From: Flaccisagitta enflata
Lineage: Eukaryota
Direction of reading: 5' to 3'
Length of the DNA stretch: 64,000 nucleotides
NCBI GenBank assembly: GCA_965153355.1
Contig: OZ231126.1
Span: forward strand, 17,298,001-17,362,000
Positions within the stretch are counted from its first letter, which is position 1. Every line of letters starts with the position of its first letter. Under the pieces are notes generated by a model that saw only the letters and a list, made by a program, of their open reading frames with translations, was not told where the DNA came from and made no database searches. Position numbers and translations under genes: made by a program. Below, one piece after another: positions 36,336 through 52,676 of the stretch.

Positions 36336-36937
36336 CAGTGGGGTTTGTGGAATAACAGCCTAAACTGGAGGAAGGTATTTAAGTGTCTTAATTTCATTTG
36401 ACAAACTTGATATTTGAAATATAAGTTGTTCACTCGATGCTTTTGTCCCTGAGTTTTTCGGTTGCTATGGAAACCACAATTATTTTTTCAAACATTTATA
36501 ACCACTAAAATATCAATATTTTGAGAAATTTTGTCAGGGAACATTGCTCAAAATTAAATTTGCTAGAACTTTCCCACAGTATGTTCTGTAAGAATATTGC
36601 TTGTTTGGCCGTTGCTAAGGAGCATCACACCTAGCAGCCACTAAATGATGCTCCCTAGCAACGGCTAAACGAGCAATATTCTTAGAAGACATACTGTGGG
36701 AAAGTTGTAGCAAATCTAATTTTGAGCAATGTTCCCTGACAATATTTATCAAAATATCGATATTGTAGTTGTTATGAACGTTCAAAAAAATGATTTTGGT
36801 TTCCTTAGCAACCGAAAAACTTGGGGACAAAAGCATCAAGTGAACCACTTATATTTCAAATATCAAGTTTGTCAAATGAAATTAAGACACTTAAATACCT
36901 TCCTCCCGTTTAGGCTGTTATTCCTCGAACCCCACTG
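36336..36937. mobile_element. Palindromic Tc1/mariner-type MITE
   Basis: ~290-bp inverted arms starting CAGTGGGGTT, TA at both ends. Confidence 0.9.
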
Positions 36938-37160
36938 TACAGTTTCCAAATGATTGCAAAGTATTTTTTCTCATTTCAACAAAACAAATCTTTAATAAAG
37001 GACCAAAGGTGACATAAAGTCGCGTCTGTCGTTGGGGCAAGCAGAGGGAAGCTTATACAAACCAGAAAAAAAACAGAACGTTAAGAATATTTGTGTATTT
37101 AGACCCATCAGAGACCTTTCTCAATCTTCTTCCATTCACCATCCATCGATCAACAACCCC

Positions 37161-37240
<80 letters not shown>

Positions 37241-37450
37241 TCTTCAAAATTACGCCATATCATCTTTCTTTTTTTTTTTTCGTTTCCACAAAGTTTCATA
37301 CATTGAAAATATTGCCAAAAGGTCAGAAAGGAATTTCCATTCATAACTGATAAGAAAAACCTTGTAGATAAGAAGGAGAAGAGAAAGACGTCTCTTGCCC
37401 TTTTCTTTCCCGTTTCAGCTTTCTTACGCGTTTCTCTTTCTCTCTTTCTC

Positions 37451-37519
<69 letters not shown>

Positions 37520-37617
37520 CTCCTCCATCTAGTGAAACTTTTGAAGGAAAAATAGGAGACGTTCGCGCGCAGTCTACAATACATACAACATCCAACACCA
37601 CCCGCAAACACGACGTA

Positions 37618-38787
<1,170 letters not shown>

Positions 38788-39576
38788 TATTTTGCTTCAA
38801 AATTTACCAATCACATACGAAGCAACGTCGGTTAGTGGCAGGTGGAAAAAGTGATTCGTGAGAAAAAAGGATACACGCTCAATGGCAGTTTTGCATGCAA
38901 TTGCAGTTGGGCAGGGGCTGTAATGCGCCGAGCTTACCAAATACAAAAAAAACAGCATCACCGACGGACGGACGGACCTACCAACCGATGGACGCATCAT
39001 CTCATTGAGTCACTTAGCAAGCGACAAAAAATGGGAGGAGAATTGCTGTAGCCATTGTCTTTCATTAAACGGCATTGAAACTTGCATAGAGTAGAGCAAC
39101 CGGGTATCAAGCTGGTCTAGATTTCTCACAGCGCTGTAAGAGGAGGCATTGCAAGATTTTCCGATTTGTCTGACTTTTTTCCGATGATGATAGGATCATG
39201 GCATTTTAACCGTGTACATGCGACTCCTCACCTTGCTACGTCGGTCGGTACGTTCAGCCGTCCCTTCGTCCCTCCGTCCCTGTCACATTTTTAATTGAAA
39301 GCGGACTTTGCAATACTGCCCCTGCCTAACCGTCTGCGTTAAACCAAGTAAGTGCATTGCATTGTTAATCAGATTAGAATAAGTACTGCCTGTACTAGCA
39401 ATGTTTCTTCCTTCCATGTCCATTACCCATTGGCCCTTAGAAAAAAAAGCATGTCCGTTAGGAATTTCTTCTGACCAAACTGATGTACTGCTATTGGTCA
39501 TCATCCAAGAAATAAAATCGAAAAATCTCCTTCGATAATCGTTGGATTCAGATAAAGAAATGAAGATCAATACGCC

Positions 39577-39676
<100 letters not shown>

Positions 39677-39909
39677 GGGGAGTTGAGAGACGGACAGACA
39701 ATGTAGAATGACAACTGGACAATGAACATGAAATGTGTCAATGTTCAAAAACAAATACAGGTCAGACTGTCAAACATATTTTACAGTTTGGGTTTAGTGA
39801 GGGTCCCTCACTAAACCCCAACTGGTTTAGTGAGGGTCCCTCACTAAACCCCAACTGAGGGATATTGTTTCACTTGTCATACAGATTTGAAATCAGCAGA
39901 AAAGGTATA

Positions 39910-40083
39910 CAGTAGAGCTTCACTCAAGCGCATGCCAGGGGACTGCGCAAAATTATACCCTTTAGTGAAGCCGCCTTATTCCCTGTATAAGATAATCAAA
40001 AAAATCCCTTAGGGGACCACATGCTATATGCACTATAGGCGGGCATGCCTTAATAGCGGGTGCGCTCTAGCGGTGCTCCACTG
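39910..40083. mobile_element. Short pogo/Tigger-like MITE
   Basis: TA|CAGTAGAGCTTCACT...GCGGTGCTCCACTG|TA. Confidence 0.7.
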
Positions 40084-40580
40084 TATCTATAGTAGGAACA
40101 TTGGTGACTCGGAAAAGATGAGAGCAACAGAGACAAAAACAGAGACAGTAATGGTGATAGAGACAGAGACAAAGACAGAGACAGAGAGAAAGATGGCGAC
40201 AAGAGCATTGCCTTGGAGGCCAACTGAAGCGACCAAAAAATTGTCATTGGCGGCGAAAGACTTTGAGATAACGAAGGAAATCGATGGAAGCGCGACTATC
40301 TTGAGACTTTTGCTTAAAAAACCAAAATGACCGGCGAATTAAGAGAGGGTGAGGTAAATGTAGGTCGGATTTGACCCTATAAGGACCAAATCAATGGGTT
40401 GTAGTTCGTTGAATGTAGTTCGATCTTTACTGCTGCGTGAAACGACAGCAAATTCTTTTACTCATCAACTGACCGGACAACTCGCACATATGGGTTTTAT
40501 CCATGCAGTCACTAACAATATTCTTGTCCACTTTTTACACATGTTGAAACGTTATACAGGGTGTATTATGCCAAATTAGA

Positions 40581-41122
40581 TATAAGAAAACGATGGCATT
40601 CTGCTTCTAATAGTGCAAAAATAATTTTGAAAAAAGATTCAAAGAGCACATGAGCTCCGGTTTTTTGTGTAAAAATTTCATGGGTCTGGGTCAAATATTG
40701 TAGCCACAATATCAATTTGAAATAAATTGAGCATTTAGAGGAGAAGCACTTTGAACATGATTTTGATTCTGAAAGTTTTTTTTTTGAATTGCTCTCATTT
40801 CTAAACGACTAAAGTTACAGATGCCAGATTGGTCCCAAATTAAAGCTTATCAAATTTTCTTTAATTTGAGACCAATCTGGCAAATGTGGCTTAAGCCGTT
40901 TGGAAATGAGAGCAATTCAAAATAAAGCTTTCAGCATCACAATCATATCCAAAAAGCTTCTCCTCTAAATGCTCAGTTCACTTCAAATTAATGTTGTGGC
41001 TAGAATATTTGACCCAGACTCATAAAATTTTTACACAAAAAACCGGAACTTGTATACTCTTTGAATCTTTTTTCAGATCAATTTTTGCACTTTTAGAAGC
41101 AGAATGCCATCGTTTTCTTATA
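40581..41122. mobile_element. Palindromic foldback MITE
   Basis: ~260-bp inverted arms TATAAGAAAACGATGGCATTCTGCTTCTAA / TTAGAAGCAGAATGCCATCGTTTTCTTATA. Confidence 0.8.
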
Positions 41123-42311
41123 TTAGGTATAGGGTCTAATTTTTCAAATTTTTTGTCAGTGATCATTCATGGGTAATTTTCACTCAAACGTGTCTCTGGG
41201 GTGAGGTTTTAGGAGGTATCAGACATTTTTGGCCCAAAAAAATCAAATTAACCCAGCTAATTTTATGATTTTTTTCATGGAAGAATTAGCGAGATTTTTG
41301 GCAGCTGCATTTTGTGTAGTTTGTCCCTTGCAATGTAGTTAAAAATGGTCAAAAGTGCTTAAAATTGCTGGGAACCTTCCATATGCATTGAATGAACTAA
41401 CGAAAAAAACAAAAAGTCAATTTTGTTACCTTTGCATTAGCGGATAGGCGCTGGGAAGAGTCACTCAAAAATGAAAATTAGGATCAAATCCTTAACAAAT
41501 GATTCCCACCTGCTTCAAGCTATTACGAGTTAACTATCATCAAAATTTCTAGCTCTTAGCTCCATCAGCCTCAATTTATAACAAAGCTACATTAAATTCT
41601 CAATTGTGGACATCAGGGATGCTGCAGCAGGTCGTCAAGTGCATCCTCAAAGCCCTATTCACAAATCCACCAGTGAAGTTGAAATGACCGATAGAATTTC
41701 CCATTATTTACTCCAGTAACCTTATTTTATACCAGAAATAGGTAAAATTCTGTTGACATCATGTATGCTGCACCAGGTTGTCAAGTGCATCATGAAAGGG
41801 CTTATCCAGAAATCCATCATTGAAGCGGTTGGCTGTGCACAGTCAATAAAATCTCCAATATCTTCTTGAATATCAAAATAATATGACAAAACTAGGTAAA
41901 ATTCTCACTTGACGACCTGCTGCAGCATACCTGATGTCAAGAATTGCATCATTGAGGGGTTGATCCAGAAATCCATCATCGAAGCTTTGACAGACAATCA
42001 CATGGAAAAATATTTCTAAGGAGACGCACATCTTAAATGCGCGTTTCCATTTGTTAGAGACAAACTGACGGACCAACAAACGGACAAAGCCTACTACCAA
42101 GTTGCTAGTCCACGAACAAAGAAAAAAACAAGGCCAGATACATGGCCAATCCCAGTCGCAGACAGGTGGGCAGGGGCGGAAATGCGTGTTTTCACACTTT
42201 CCAACTCTATCACAACGGACCGACCGACCAACCGACCGACTGACCAACCAACCAACCAACCAACCAACGGACAAAGCCTCTTACAGAGTTGCTAGTCCGC
42301 GACTAAAAAGA

Positions 42312-42952
42312 AATAGCAGCCCAAAGGCGGTAAGCGGTCAGCGGTACCCGTGCCCTGCTTGAGTAGTATGTGATTAAAGTTGAGAGGGAGCAGGGCAGCG
42401 GTTCCGAAGGGGACGAAGTCCTGTAGAACACAGGAGGAATCTGTCTGTCCGTCCGTCCGTCCATCCGTTCGTCCCCCCCCCCATCCTCAGGGCTTTGTCT
42501 CCTTCAGGGCCTATTCTGACCCTAATTCTGCCAAATAGCCCAAATCCCAGCAATATGGCCGAAATCTAAGCAAAATGACCCAAATCCAAGCATATTTGCC
42601 CATATCCAAGCATATTTGCCCAAATCCAAGCAAAATGGCCCAAATCTGGTCAGAATCTAGGTATTGGAGGCCAAAATGATGGACCTCAGACCAGAATTAG
42701 CAAAGATTTGGGCCATTTTGCTTAGATTTGGGACAATATGCTTGGATTTGGATCATTTTGCTTAAATTTAGGCCATATTGCTTGGATTTGGGCTATTTGG
42801 CAGAATTAGGGTCAGAATAGGCCCTGAAGGAGACAAAGCCCTGAGGATGGGGCAGGGGGGGACGGACGGACGGACGTACATACGTATGGATGGACAGATT
42901 CCCCCTGTGTTCTTCAAGACTTCTTCCCCTTCGGGGCTGCTGCCCAAAAAAA
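42312..42952 (-). mobile_element. HINE family B variant
   Basis: Same subTIRs and tail in reverse orientation. Different internal repeat (GCCCAAATCCAAGCA..) arranged as two inverted halves. Confidence 0.7.
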
Positions 42953-45456
42953 GAGCTACGCTATGGACGTAAACGGACATTCCTAGCTGACCAAACAATC
43001 TATTGATACAATCATACATACGACGGCGAATTTTCGAAGGAAAATGAAGTGTTTCACCATACTTTTTGCATCATTATCAGCACAATAATGGTATAGTAAT
43101 GCTTTGAATAGACAAATTTTCTTTTAAGACACTTGGTGTATACATATTTATCATATTTTGACCTCAAAAGTAATTTAAACTATGCAATTCACAAAAAAAA
43201 GACAAGAAAACCAAGGTTTTAATAAAATCTTGCTTACATTTTTTTATCTTTTCTTGCCATTTAAATTCTAGGACTTTCAAATGCAGGGAAATTTTGCATT
43301 TTCAAAAACATAGTTCTCTCCCTCATTGTTTTTGGAAGAGAACTATGTTTTTTGTTTTCTCATTTTTTCATTTTCTACGCAATTTTAGAATTTAAACGGG
43401 CCCCCTGTCAGTGACCAAATAAGCAATTTTCTGTAGTTTGCAATATATTTAGTCGCGGACACGCGACTCTACGCCTTGCCGTGTCGGTCGGTAGGTCGGT
43501 CCGTCTGTCCGTAATATTTTTGAATTCCGAGCGGTTTTCGCATAGTGCTCCCGCCCAACCGTCCGCGACTGGGTTGCCGTGTATCCGGCCTTGTTTCTTT
43601 ATCAACTTTAGCAATATTTGGTTTTTTTTTCATGATTCAATGCAAATTTTGCAATAAAATAATAATTGTGACATATTTCAATGATTATTTTGGTAAAATC
43701 ATTCTGTTTTATTCATTTTTGATTTTTGATTTTAGCCCCTGTCAAAACACAAATGTTGCCTTTGGAAGTACGCCGTCATACATACATACATACATACATA
43801 CATACATACATACATGCATGTATACATACATACACACATACATACATACACACATACATACATACATACACATATACATACATATATTTTTACGAACATA
43901 AACATCAGGTCTTCGATAAAATAGATCTTTCTTTCCTTTTTTTATTTCTATCTGTCTGTCTGTCTGTCTTCATTCCTTCCTTCCTTCCTTCTTCGCTTCC
44001 TTCTTCCCTTTCTTTCTCCCCCTCTTTCTTCTTTCTTTTTTTTCTTTCCTTCTTTCTGTCTGTTCCTTCCTTCCTGCGAGCTGAAGCGCAATCAATCTTT
44101 TTGTTCGTCTATGCTTGATCGGTTTTGTTGTAAACAAACATGGTCAAAGAAAACAGCAGAAAAAGAATATGATAGAGCTTTCTTCAAACCTCGAGAGAGG
44201 CCGAGAGAGGAGGATTATGACTTTGGCAAAAGCATCCTTGGAAAGCCAACAAAAAAACGAATCGAATGGTCTGGTTTACAAAATTTTTCATATTCGCGTT
44301 TGGCCGTAACTGACAAAAGAAGATTTGAATATTAGAAATATGTAACTTTTTTATATCGCACTTATAAATGGCTGACACCAATCGAAAGCCCTCTGAATTG
44401 TCTTTCAGAATCATACTTTAATTTTGTATATATGTTCATTTTTAATCATTTCCAATGCTATACAAGAGAAGAAGTAATTTGTCAAATTATGAATTCACAT
44501 CTTTCTAGCGGACGTTTCGCGTTGCAACTAGAAAGCCGTTATGCCTACTTATATCCAATTTGGCATGATACACCCTGTATGAAGAAACGAGGCCGGATAC
44601 ACGGCTACCCAAGTTGCGTGCGGGTGGGCAGGGGCCATATTTGAGGTCACTTGATCATTTGGGCAGGACCAGAGATGCCAAAAAACGCAAAAACAAAAAA
44701 AGTAAAGTGTGACGGACGGACGGACCGACAGACTGAGGTGTAGAGACGCGTAGCACACGACTAAAAATTTCTTTGCCAAGCAAACTAGTTTGCAAATCTA
44801 AGCAACCTGCAAATGAAGACAGAGTGCGGAAAATGCAGAATACGTTTGTCAGAGTGCCTAAAAAATTCCAAATTGGACTTCCGCCGCAAAAATGTTTTTC
44901 CTTTGCAAATATTCTTTCGAATAAGCCATTGCAGAACTCTCAATTCAATCATGAACCATCGTTAGTGTAAGGTCAAAGTTTGTATTGAATTATTATTGCA
45001 GTCGACATATTCATTATGCAATTTTCTTCTATGTCATACATATTTATGGAAACTTAAAAGTCACCCTAATGATGGTTCCCAATTGATTTTAAAGGTCGCG
45101 CAATGGCTCATTTGAAAGCATTTTTGCAAAGAAAAAGCGTGTTTGTGAAGGAAGTCCAATTTTGGCTTGTTCCGGCACTCTGGCAAACGTAATGCAGAAT
45201 GGATTTGACCCCTATCTCCTAGCTAATTGTGTATATTTCACTTTCCAGTTTGATCGCTAACTCGATGAAAGCTTGGCCATCGTAAGCTTTTGCTCAAATA
45301 AGGCCGGATACACTACAATCTCGATCGCGTGCGAGTGGGCAAAGGGCAATGATGTGGGAGACCAGTCAGGCACTTAGGCAGGAGCATCGACTGACAGATC
45401 GCCCGACCAAAAAGTGGCCTATAGGGTCGCGCAGCATGCGACTAAGACAGAATGAC

Positions 45457-45638
<182 letters not shown>

Positions 45639-46669
45639 GTTGTGGACAAACTTGACCCTCTTTGGTACACGCGTTGGATCGATCGCGCCACTCAATCGAT
45701 TTGGTCGGATATGTTATTGGTTTATTGGTTAATGACAGGTAATCAGTTTATGAAGACGGCTTAAGCTTGAAAGTGCATTGCATCATTCAAATACGTCTCA
45801 GGCAAGAAAATGTAAGTATGGTGTTTTTGAGCGGACGCGTCTCTTCATGTTGCCATGTCGGCTCGTCGGTTTGTCGGTTCGTCGGTCCGTCCCTTTACGA
45901 TAAAAAGTCTTTGGTCCATGACCACCCGCTAGCGACTGGGTGGCCATGAATCCGATCTTGTCCTTCTTGTATTAGGACTGATGACTAGCGCACTAGTTTT
46001 CTTTTCTTTTTTTGAGCTCATCAACTTTTAAGATATCTTCCACAAGAAATGAAAGCGATTACTTTAGAACCAGATAACTTAACTCTGTATGCTTTCAATC
46101 AGGTTGGTCTTGATTGAGAATGTGAGTTTTTTTTCTGAAATGATCAATGGTTATTACAAATCACTATCCAAGACCTCGAATCTCTTCGATCTTCTGCATA
46201 GATTTTAAGACCAAAACCAAGTTTTGATGCATTCGCGAGCCTATTCACTCATTGACTCGCAGTACTAGCTTTCCTTTTGACTCGTTGAAAAAAAAAAAGA
46301 ACTAAAAATGTTGATCATTCAAATCGCACTTCGATTTGAATTCCGTGACTCCCCGGAAATCCTCCTCAACCCCCATAACTCGTGACTCTAGAAGCAACAT
46401 TCGTCAAACCCCCCCCCCCCCAATAGTTCGTGACTTGAGGTTCTCGATCGTCTAGAAGCAACATTCGTCAACCCCCACATCATTTGTGACTCGAGGTTCT
46501 CGACCCCCTGGAATCCCCCTCACCCATCTTATCTTTCGCGTGACGCCGCCGACGCCGACGCCGCTGTGGCGCTCTTATCTCCACGAAAAGGCATTTTGGC
46601 GCATATCTACTTTTTACATCTCGCTCACCGCACAGAAGCCGAAAAAGCAAGCGATAGCACACACCAAGT

Positions 46670-46749
<80 letters not shown>

Positions 46750-46799
46750 GACTGACAGACAGAACAGAATAAAAAGTGGACAATGTTCAAAAACAAATA

Positions 46800-46895
46800 C
46801 AGCTGAGGTTCACCAGAGCGCATGGCAAGGGACTGTAAGTTTAATGCCTCAAAGGCATGACTCAATAGCGGGTGCGTTTTAGCGGTGCTCCAATG
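46800..46895. mobile_element. Short pogo/Tigger-like MITE
   Basis: TA flanks, and shares AATAGCGGGTGCG..TAGCGGTGCTCCA with the 39910 copy. Confidence 0.65.
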
Positions 46896-47091
46896 TACAG
46901 GTCAGATAGACAGCAGGATTTGTAGATAGACAGTGAGATAGTCAGGCGTCCATTCGGAGAAATAAAGAGGTGAACTGAAGCGGGGAGGAACTGAAATGAG
47001 ATACGGTTAGACAAAAAAAAAAAGGGCGATAAAAAATGGGAACGATACTAAAAGCATATATACTGGATCGTGGACAAAAACACAGACAAAA

Positions 47092-47135
<44 letters not shown>

Positions 47136-48269
47136 GCGAAGGGAGAGATAAAGGCTTCAAAAAAAAAAAAAAAAAAAAAGAAAACGAATAGAAATGAAAA
47201 AAGTTTTTTAGAATTTCAAATTTTTTCCTCTTTAACGAAAATGTGCGAAAGATATGGAGGCTCGGACCTCTTATCTCTGCTCTATGCTTCTTCTTTCCGT
47301 TTCGATATGACGCCGAAGAGAGAAATATCTGAATGAGACGTCGTCGACGCTCAAACCAACCACGCCAAACCACGAAACTATCAAATTGATGGCAAGGACA
47401 GACCTTACTCTGAATTAAGAATGTAAACCACACCAAACCAGAACTTGGAAGTTGACGACAAGATCCGACTTCACCCCAAAATGAGAATAGAAGTTTCGCC
47501 AAGCCGAAATTTTGAAATGGATGACAAGCTCAGACCATCTAAACAAACACAAACAACGACAACCACGCCAAATTACCACCTTCCTATCGATGGGACGATG
47601 GCTAGCTTAGACTTAAACCTCATCTGTCAAGTACGTTATTACAAACCACAAACCTGACTACTTGGGATGTGGAAGCGGAAGCTTCCAATTTTGAGGATGG
47701 GATAGCTACTAATATTTGAACTGTCAAGTGGAGGCGGAAGCGGGAGTGGGAGCGGTGGGAGCGGCGAAGAAATCGACCGCTTCCATATCCTCACTAACTA
47801 GACATCAAACTGAGAATGAAGAGCAACCTCTAGACTGACTTTGACAATCACGTCCCAAAAGCCGAATAGACAATGGTGACTATGCCACACTATTTTGTTG
47901 ACATCGATTGCTCTCAAAGATGCTCACACGCTCAAAACTGACAGAGGTCATGATACGAACCCGCTGTGCCAACATCATTGACATCAAACCAAACTAACAA
48001 TGGCACTCGTGACTCATGTTTAAACGTTGCAGTGACATCGTTGGTAAACGAAGACCACGGCACAAAAAGTGACTAACTGTCAATAACTAGTCATGATCCT
48101 TTCTTACATCTATCTATCTGTCCATAAATTCATCCATTTATCAATCCATGAATTGACACAACCCTTCATCTGGCTGTAACCCATGGGGCACCTTGTTTCT
48201 TTTAACCCAGAAAGGCTTGCTCCCTATGATACCAACTGGAGGATACCCATCAGTATCGTTTTACTCTCA

Positions 48270-48516
48270 GGGGGCGTTTCTAGTCAAAGACAATCGCGTT
48301 TTGAAGGGGCCACTCGGTCGCTCGCTACATTCGTTCTCTCTCACTCGCTTCGCAGCGCTACGCTTGCTTCGCTCGCTCGCTCCGTTCACGGGCTCGCTCC
48401 GTTCACAGGCTCGCTCACTCCCTTGTGGGACAGTTGAAATTCTTGAATATGTGTTCACACTGTTATCGCGTTTCACGGGAACAGACGCGTTTTTGGTCAT
48501 CACTAGAAACACGCCC
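48270..48516. mobile_element. PIF/Harbinger-like MITE
   Basis: GGG-terminal imperfect TIR (GGGGGCGTTTCTAGT / ACTAGAAACACGCCC), 3-bp TSD TCA, internal CGCT repeats. Confidence 0.65.
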
Positions 48517-48639
48517 TCACTAATGAAATATCGAATGGTGGTCATCTTTTCGATCAAACGTTAAAATGCACTCTTGATTATCGTGCTTCGGCCCGAGGAA
48601 ACCCTAGAATTATCTATGGCCTTCAATAGACAATACTGT

Positions 48640-48761
<122 letters not shown>

Positions 48762-48915
48762 TCTGTCCGTTTCTTTGGTTGGTCTGTCTAATTTTCCTTT
48801 CCATTCTACGGCCGTCAATCCTTACCACTGTACTCGTTTCTGTATGCTCGTCGGTTTGCCTGCGTGACTGTCTTTCTTACTTTCTGATTTCTTGTCTGTC
48901 TTTCTGGTTTTTTTT

Positions 48916-48950
<35 letters not shown>

Positions 48951-49325
48951 TTCTGTCTGTCTGTCTGTCTGTCTCTCTGTCTGTCTCTCTGTATTTCTGT
49001 CTGTCTGTCTATCTGCCTAATTCTGTCTTTGTGTCCATTGCTCGATCTGTCAACAAGCTGTCCATGTGACTGATGGTCTGCCTTTTTGCCGTTAGCTGAC
49101 AATCAGCGAGACAGACAGACCGAGATAAAGACAAAGAGCGTGAACAGTACATGCACACAGCGTCTGTTTAAAATAGCATATAAATACGAATCTTGCGATC
49201 GAATCACCATCGACTATCGGTAATTGATTGAAGCCTGCAGTGAAAAAAAAAATTGAAAGAAAAAAAAATTGAAAAAAGATTATTTGATTACAAAGCCGTA
49301 GAAATCATCACACTATTACCACAAC

Positions 49326-52300
49326 TAGATAGTATGTTTACCCCTTCACGGGTGGGGGCTACCTTTACCTGAACAAAATTTACTATTTTTATGTTTTTAT
49401 AACATAAAACAAAACAGTGGCAAACTTTTTGACCAATTTTGGATACCGCGAGTTCCATTTATTTATCACCACTCCAAGGTGGTTGGGGTGAAAATGTTGC
49501 AATTTAGTCACTTGGGGCTCAAAATCGGGCCACTTTGGTTTTGAAATTTGACCAAAAATCTGTGAGATTATAAAACTAGAGCTCAAGAGCTAGCCAGTGG
49601 TGCAATCCGCATGCTGCTATTGTTTTTTGTTAAGATTTGAGAGCTTTTCAAAGATGGAAGGGTATGAGGGTTTTTTAACCAGATGAATTTGGTGGTCAAT
49701 TTTGGCATTTTTTACAATTTTTGATATATCTCCGCTTTGGATGGACAAATTTGGATGAAATTGGTGACCAAATTGAAGAGTTTTTGATGCTCTAACTGAA
49801 TCTGGTAAAATTTTTGATCGATATGACCCTCAAAATTTTTGGGAGACTCTAGAAGCAGGTGCTATAAAGCGTATTTTTTCGCCATTTTGGCTACTTTGGT
49901 CAAATAATTTGGGCACTTCCGAGATAGAAAATGACAAAAAATCAGTGGGCAAATTAAACTACTGTTCAAGATCTAACCAATGGTGCAATCGGCATGTCAA
50001 TAGGTTAAATCATATAAATTTGGCAAAGCTTCAAAGATCAGTGGGTATGATAAATGGACATTTTTTGGTAATTTTGGTCATTTTGGGCTCAAAATCGGGC
50101 CACTTCCCTTTATAAATTTGACTCGAAATCTGTGAGATTAGGAAACTAGAGCTCAAGAGCAAACCAGTGGTGCAATCTGCATGTTGCTATCGTTTTTTGT
50201 TAAGATTTGAGAGTTTTTCAAAGATGGAAGGGTCTGAGGGTTTATTACCAGATGAATTTGGTGGTCAACTTTGACATTTTTTACAATTTTTGATATATCT
50301 CTGCTTTGGATGGACAAATTTGGATGAAATTGGTGACCAAATTGAAGAGTTTTTGATGCTCTAACTGAATCTGGTAAAATTTTTGATCGATATGACCCTC
50401 AAAATTTTTGGGAGACTCTAGAAGCAGGTGCTAATAGTTGCAAAAGCGTTACATGGTCAGCAGTACCCAATGCCTATCTGTTGGTTTATGTTGGCATGAG
50501 ATGATAAGTGGGGCAGGGGCTGATGACCTATGATTCCATGCTAGACAATTGCAGGGTTTTTAAGACCTGATTTTGGGTCCAAGTAGCCTGAGTTGAGGTC
50601 TGAGTTGCCTGATTTGAGGTCTTAGATGCCTGATCTGAGAGGTTTGAGAAGCTGGTGTTGAGGCTTAGAAGCCTGAATTTGGGTCTAATTTCGAGCTCAA
50701 GGCCTGATTATGGGCTGGGAAGGCCTGATTTGAGGTCTGGAAGGCCTGATCAGGGGTCCAAAAGGCCTGATTTAGGGTTGGCTTAGGCCTGATTTGGGGT
50801 CTGAAAGGCCTGATTGAGGTTCTGAGAGACCTAAATTGAAGTCTAGAGAGCCTGATTTAGGAAATCGATAGGCCTGATTTGGGGTCTGAAAGACATGATT
50901 TAAGGCTCAGGAGGCCATGTTCTAGGCATGGGGGGACAGACAGATGGACGGACGGACGGAATCCGGAAAATTTGCCTTATGTGGAATCATATGTCATCGA
51001 CCCCTCTGAGGCCGCTGCCCAAAAAGTGAATTTTTTCGCCCTTTTGGCTACTTTGGTCAAATAATTTGGGCACTTCCAAGATAGAAAATAACAAAAAATC
51101 AGTGGGCATTTCTTAAAAGAAATATAGCAACACGAAGCAGCAAAAAATTATCTAATAATGCTGTGTTCTTCTATTCAGTTAATTCTTAGTTGCGTGCACA
51201 AGACATAACCCGCTATATCAGTTGGCCCAAAAACCAAGATGACCAAAAAAAAAAAACAGAAAAAGTCATTTTATCATACCCACTGATCTTTGAAGCTTTG
51301 CCAAATCTTTATGCTTTAACCTATTGACATGCCAATTGCACCATTGATTAGATCTTGAACAGTAGTTTAATTTGCCCACTGATTTTTTTATCATTTTCTA
51401 TCTCGGAAGTGCCCATATTATTTGACCAAAGTAGCCAAAAGGGCGAAAAAATTCACTTTTTAGCACCTGCTTCTAGAGTCTCCCAAAAATTTTGAGGGTC
51501 ATATCGATCAAAAATTTTACCAGATTCAGTTAGAGCATCAAAAACACTTCAATTTGGTCACCAATTTCATCCATATTTGTCCATCCAAAGCAGAGATATA
51601 TCAAAAATTGTAAAAAATGTCAAAATTGACCACCAAATTCATCTAGTAATAAAACCCTCATATCCTTCCATCTTTGGAAAACTCTCAAATCTTAACAAAA
51701 AAAGATATCAACATGTGGATTACACCACTGGTTAGCTCTTGAGCTCTAGTTTCATAATCTCACAGATTTTGAGTTAAATTTATAAAGGGAAGTGGCCCGA
51801 TTTTGAGCCCAAAATGACCAAAATTCCCAAAAATGTCATTTTATCAAACCCACTGATGTTTGAAGCTTTGCCAAATCTATATGATTTAACCTATGGACAT
51901 GCCAATTGCACCATTGGTTAGATCTTGAACAGTGGTTTAATTTGCCCACTGATTTTTTGTCATTTTCTATCTCGGAAGTGCCCAAATTATTTGACCAGAG
52001 TAGCCAAAATGGCGAAAAAATTCACTTTTTAGCACCTGCTTCTAAAGTCTCCCAAAAATTTTTAGGGTCATATCGATCAAATAATTTACCAGATTCAGTT
52101 AGAGCATCAAAAACTCTTCAATTTGGTCACCAATTTCATCCAAATTTGTCCATCCAAAGTGGAGATATATCGAAAATTGTATAAAATGTCAAAATTGACC
52201 ACCAAATTCATCTGGTTAAAAAACCCTCATACCCTTCCATCTTTGAAAAGCTCTCAAATCTTAACAAAAAACGCTAGCAACATGCGGATTGCACCACTGG

Positions 52301-52568
52301 TTAGCTCTTGAGCTCTAGTTTCATAATCTCACAGATTTTGGGTCAAATTTCAAAACCAAAGTGGCCCGATTTTAAGCCCAAAGTGACCAAATTGCAACAT
52401 TTTCACCACAACCACCTTGGAGTGGTGATAAATAAATGGAACTCGCGGTATCCAAAATTGGTCAAAAAGTTTGCCACTGTTTTGTTTTATGTTATAAAAA
52501 CATAAAAATAGTAAATTTTGTCCAGGTACAGGTAGCCCGCACCCGTGAAGGGGTAAACATACTATCTA
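49326..52568. mobile_element. 3.2-kb hAT-type foldback element
   Basis: Ends TAGATAGTATGTTTACCCC / GGGGTAAACATACTATCTA and 8-bp TSD ACCACAAC (49318-25, 52569-76). Inverted arms exceed 1.1 kb, each with an internal direct duplication. Confidence 0.9.
50434..51025 (-). mobile_element. HINE family B-related element inserted in the hAT foldback
   Basis: GATGACCTATGATTCCA / TGGAATCATATGTCATC subTIRs, AGGCCTGATTT repeats, end GCCGCTGCCCAAAAA. It interrupts host sequence GGTGCT-AAAAA-GTGAA. Confidence 0.7.
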
Positions 52569-52573
52569 ACCAC

Positions 52574-52676
<103 letters not shown>

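Larger units (their letters stand above)
40557..44577. mobile_element. Tc1/mariner-type element expanded by multiple nested insertions
   Basis: TIR CAGGGTGTAT(T/C)ATGCCAAATT at both ends with TA flanks. Contains a palindrome (40581-41122) and several HINEs. Confidence 0.7.

Noticed and set aside
39805-39816. CCCTCACTAAA match to the phage T3 promoter (vector contamination)
   Set aside because: Only 11 nt, part of a genomic palindrome, and no other vector sequence is nearby.
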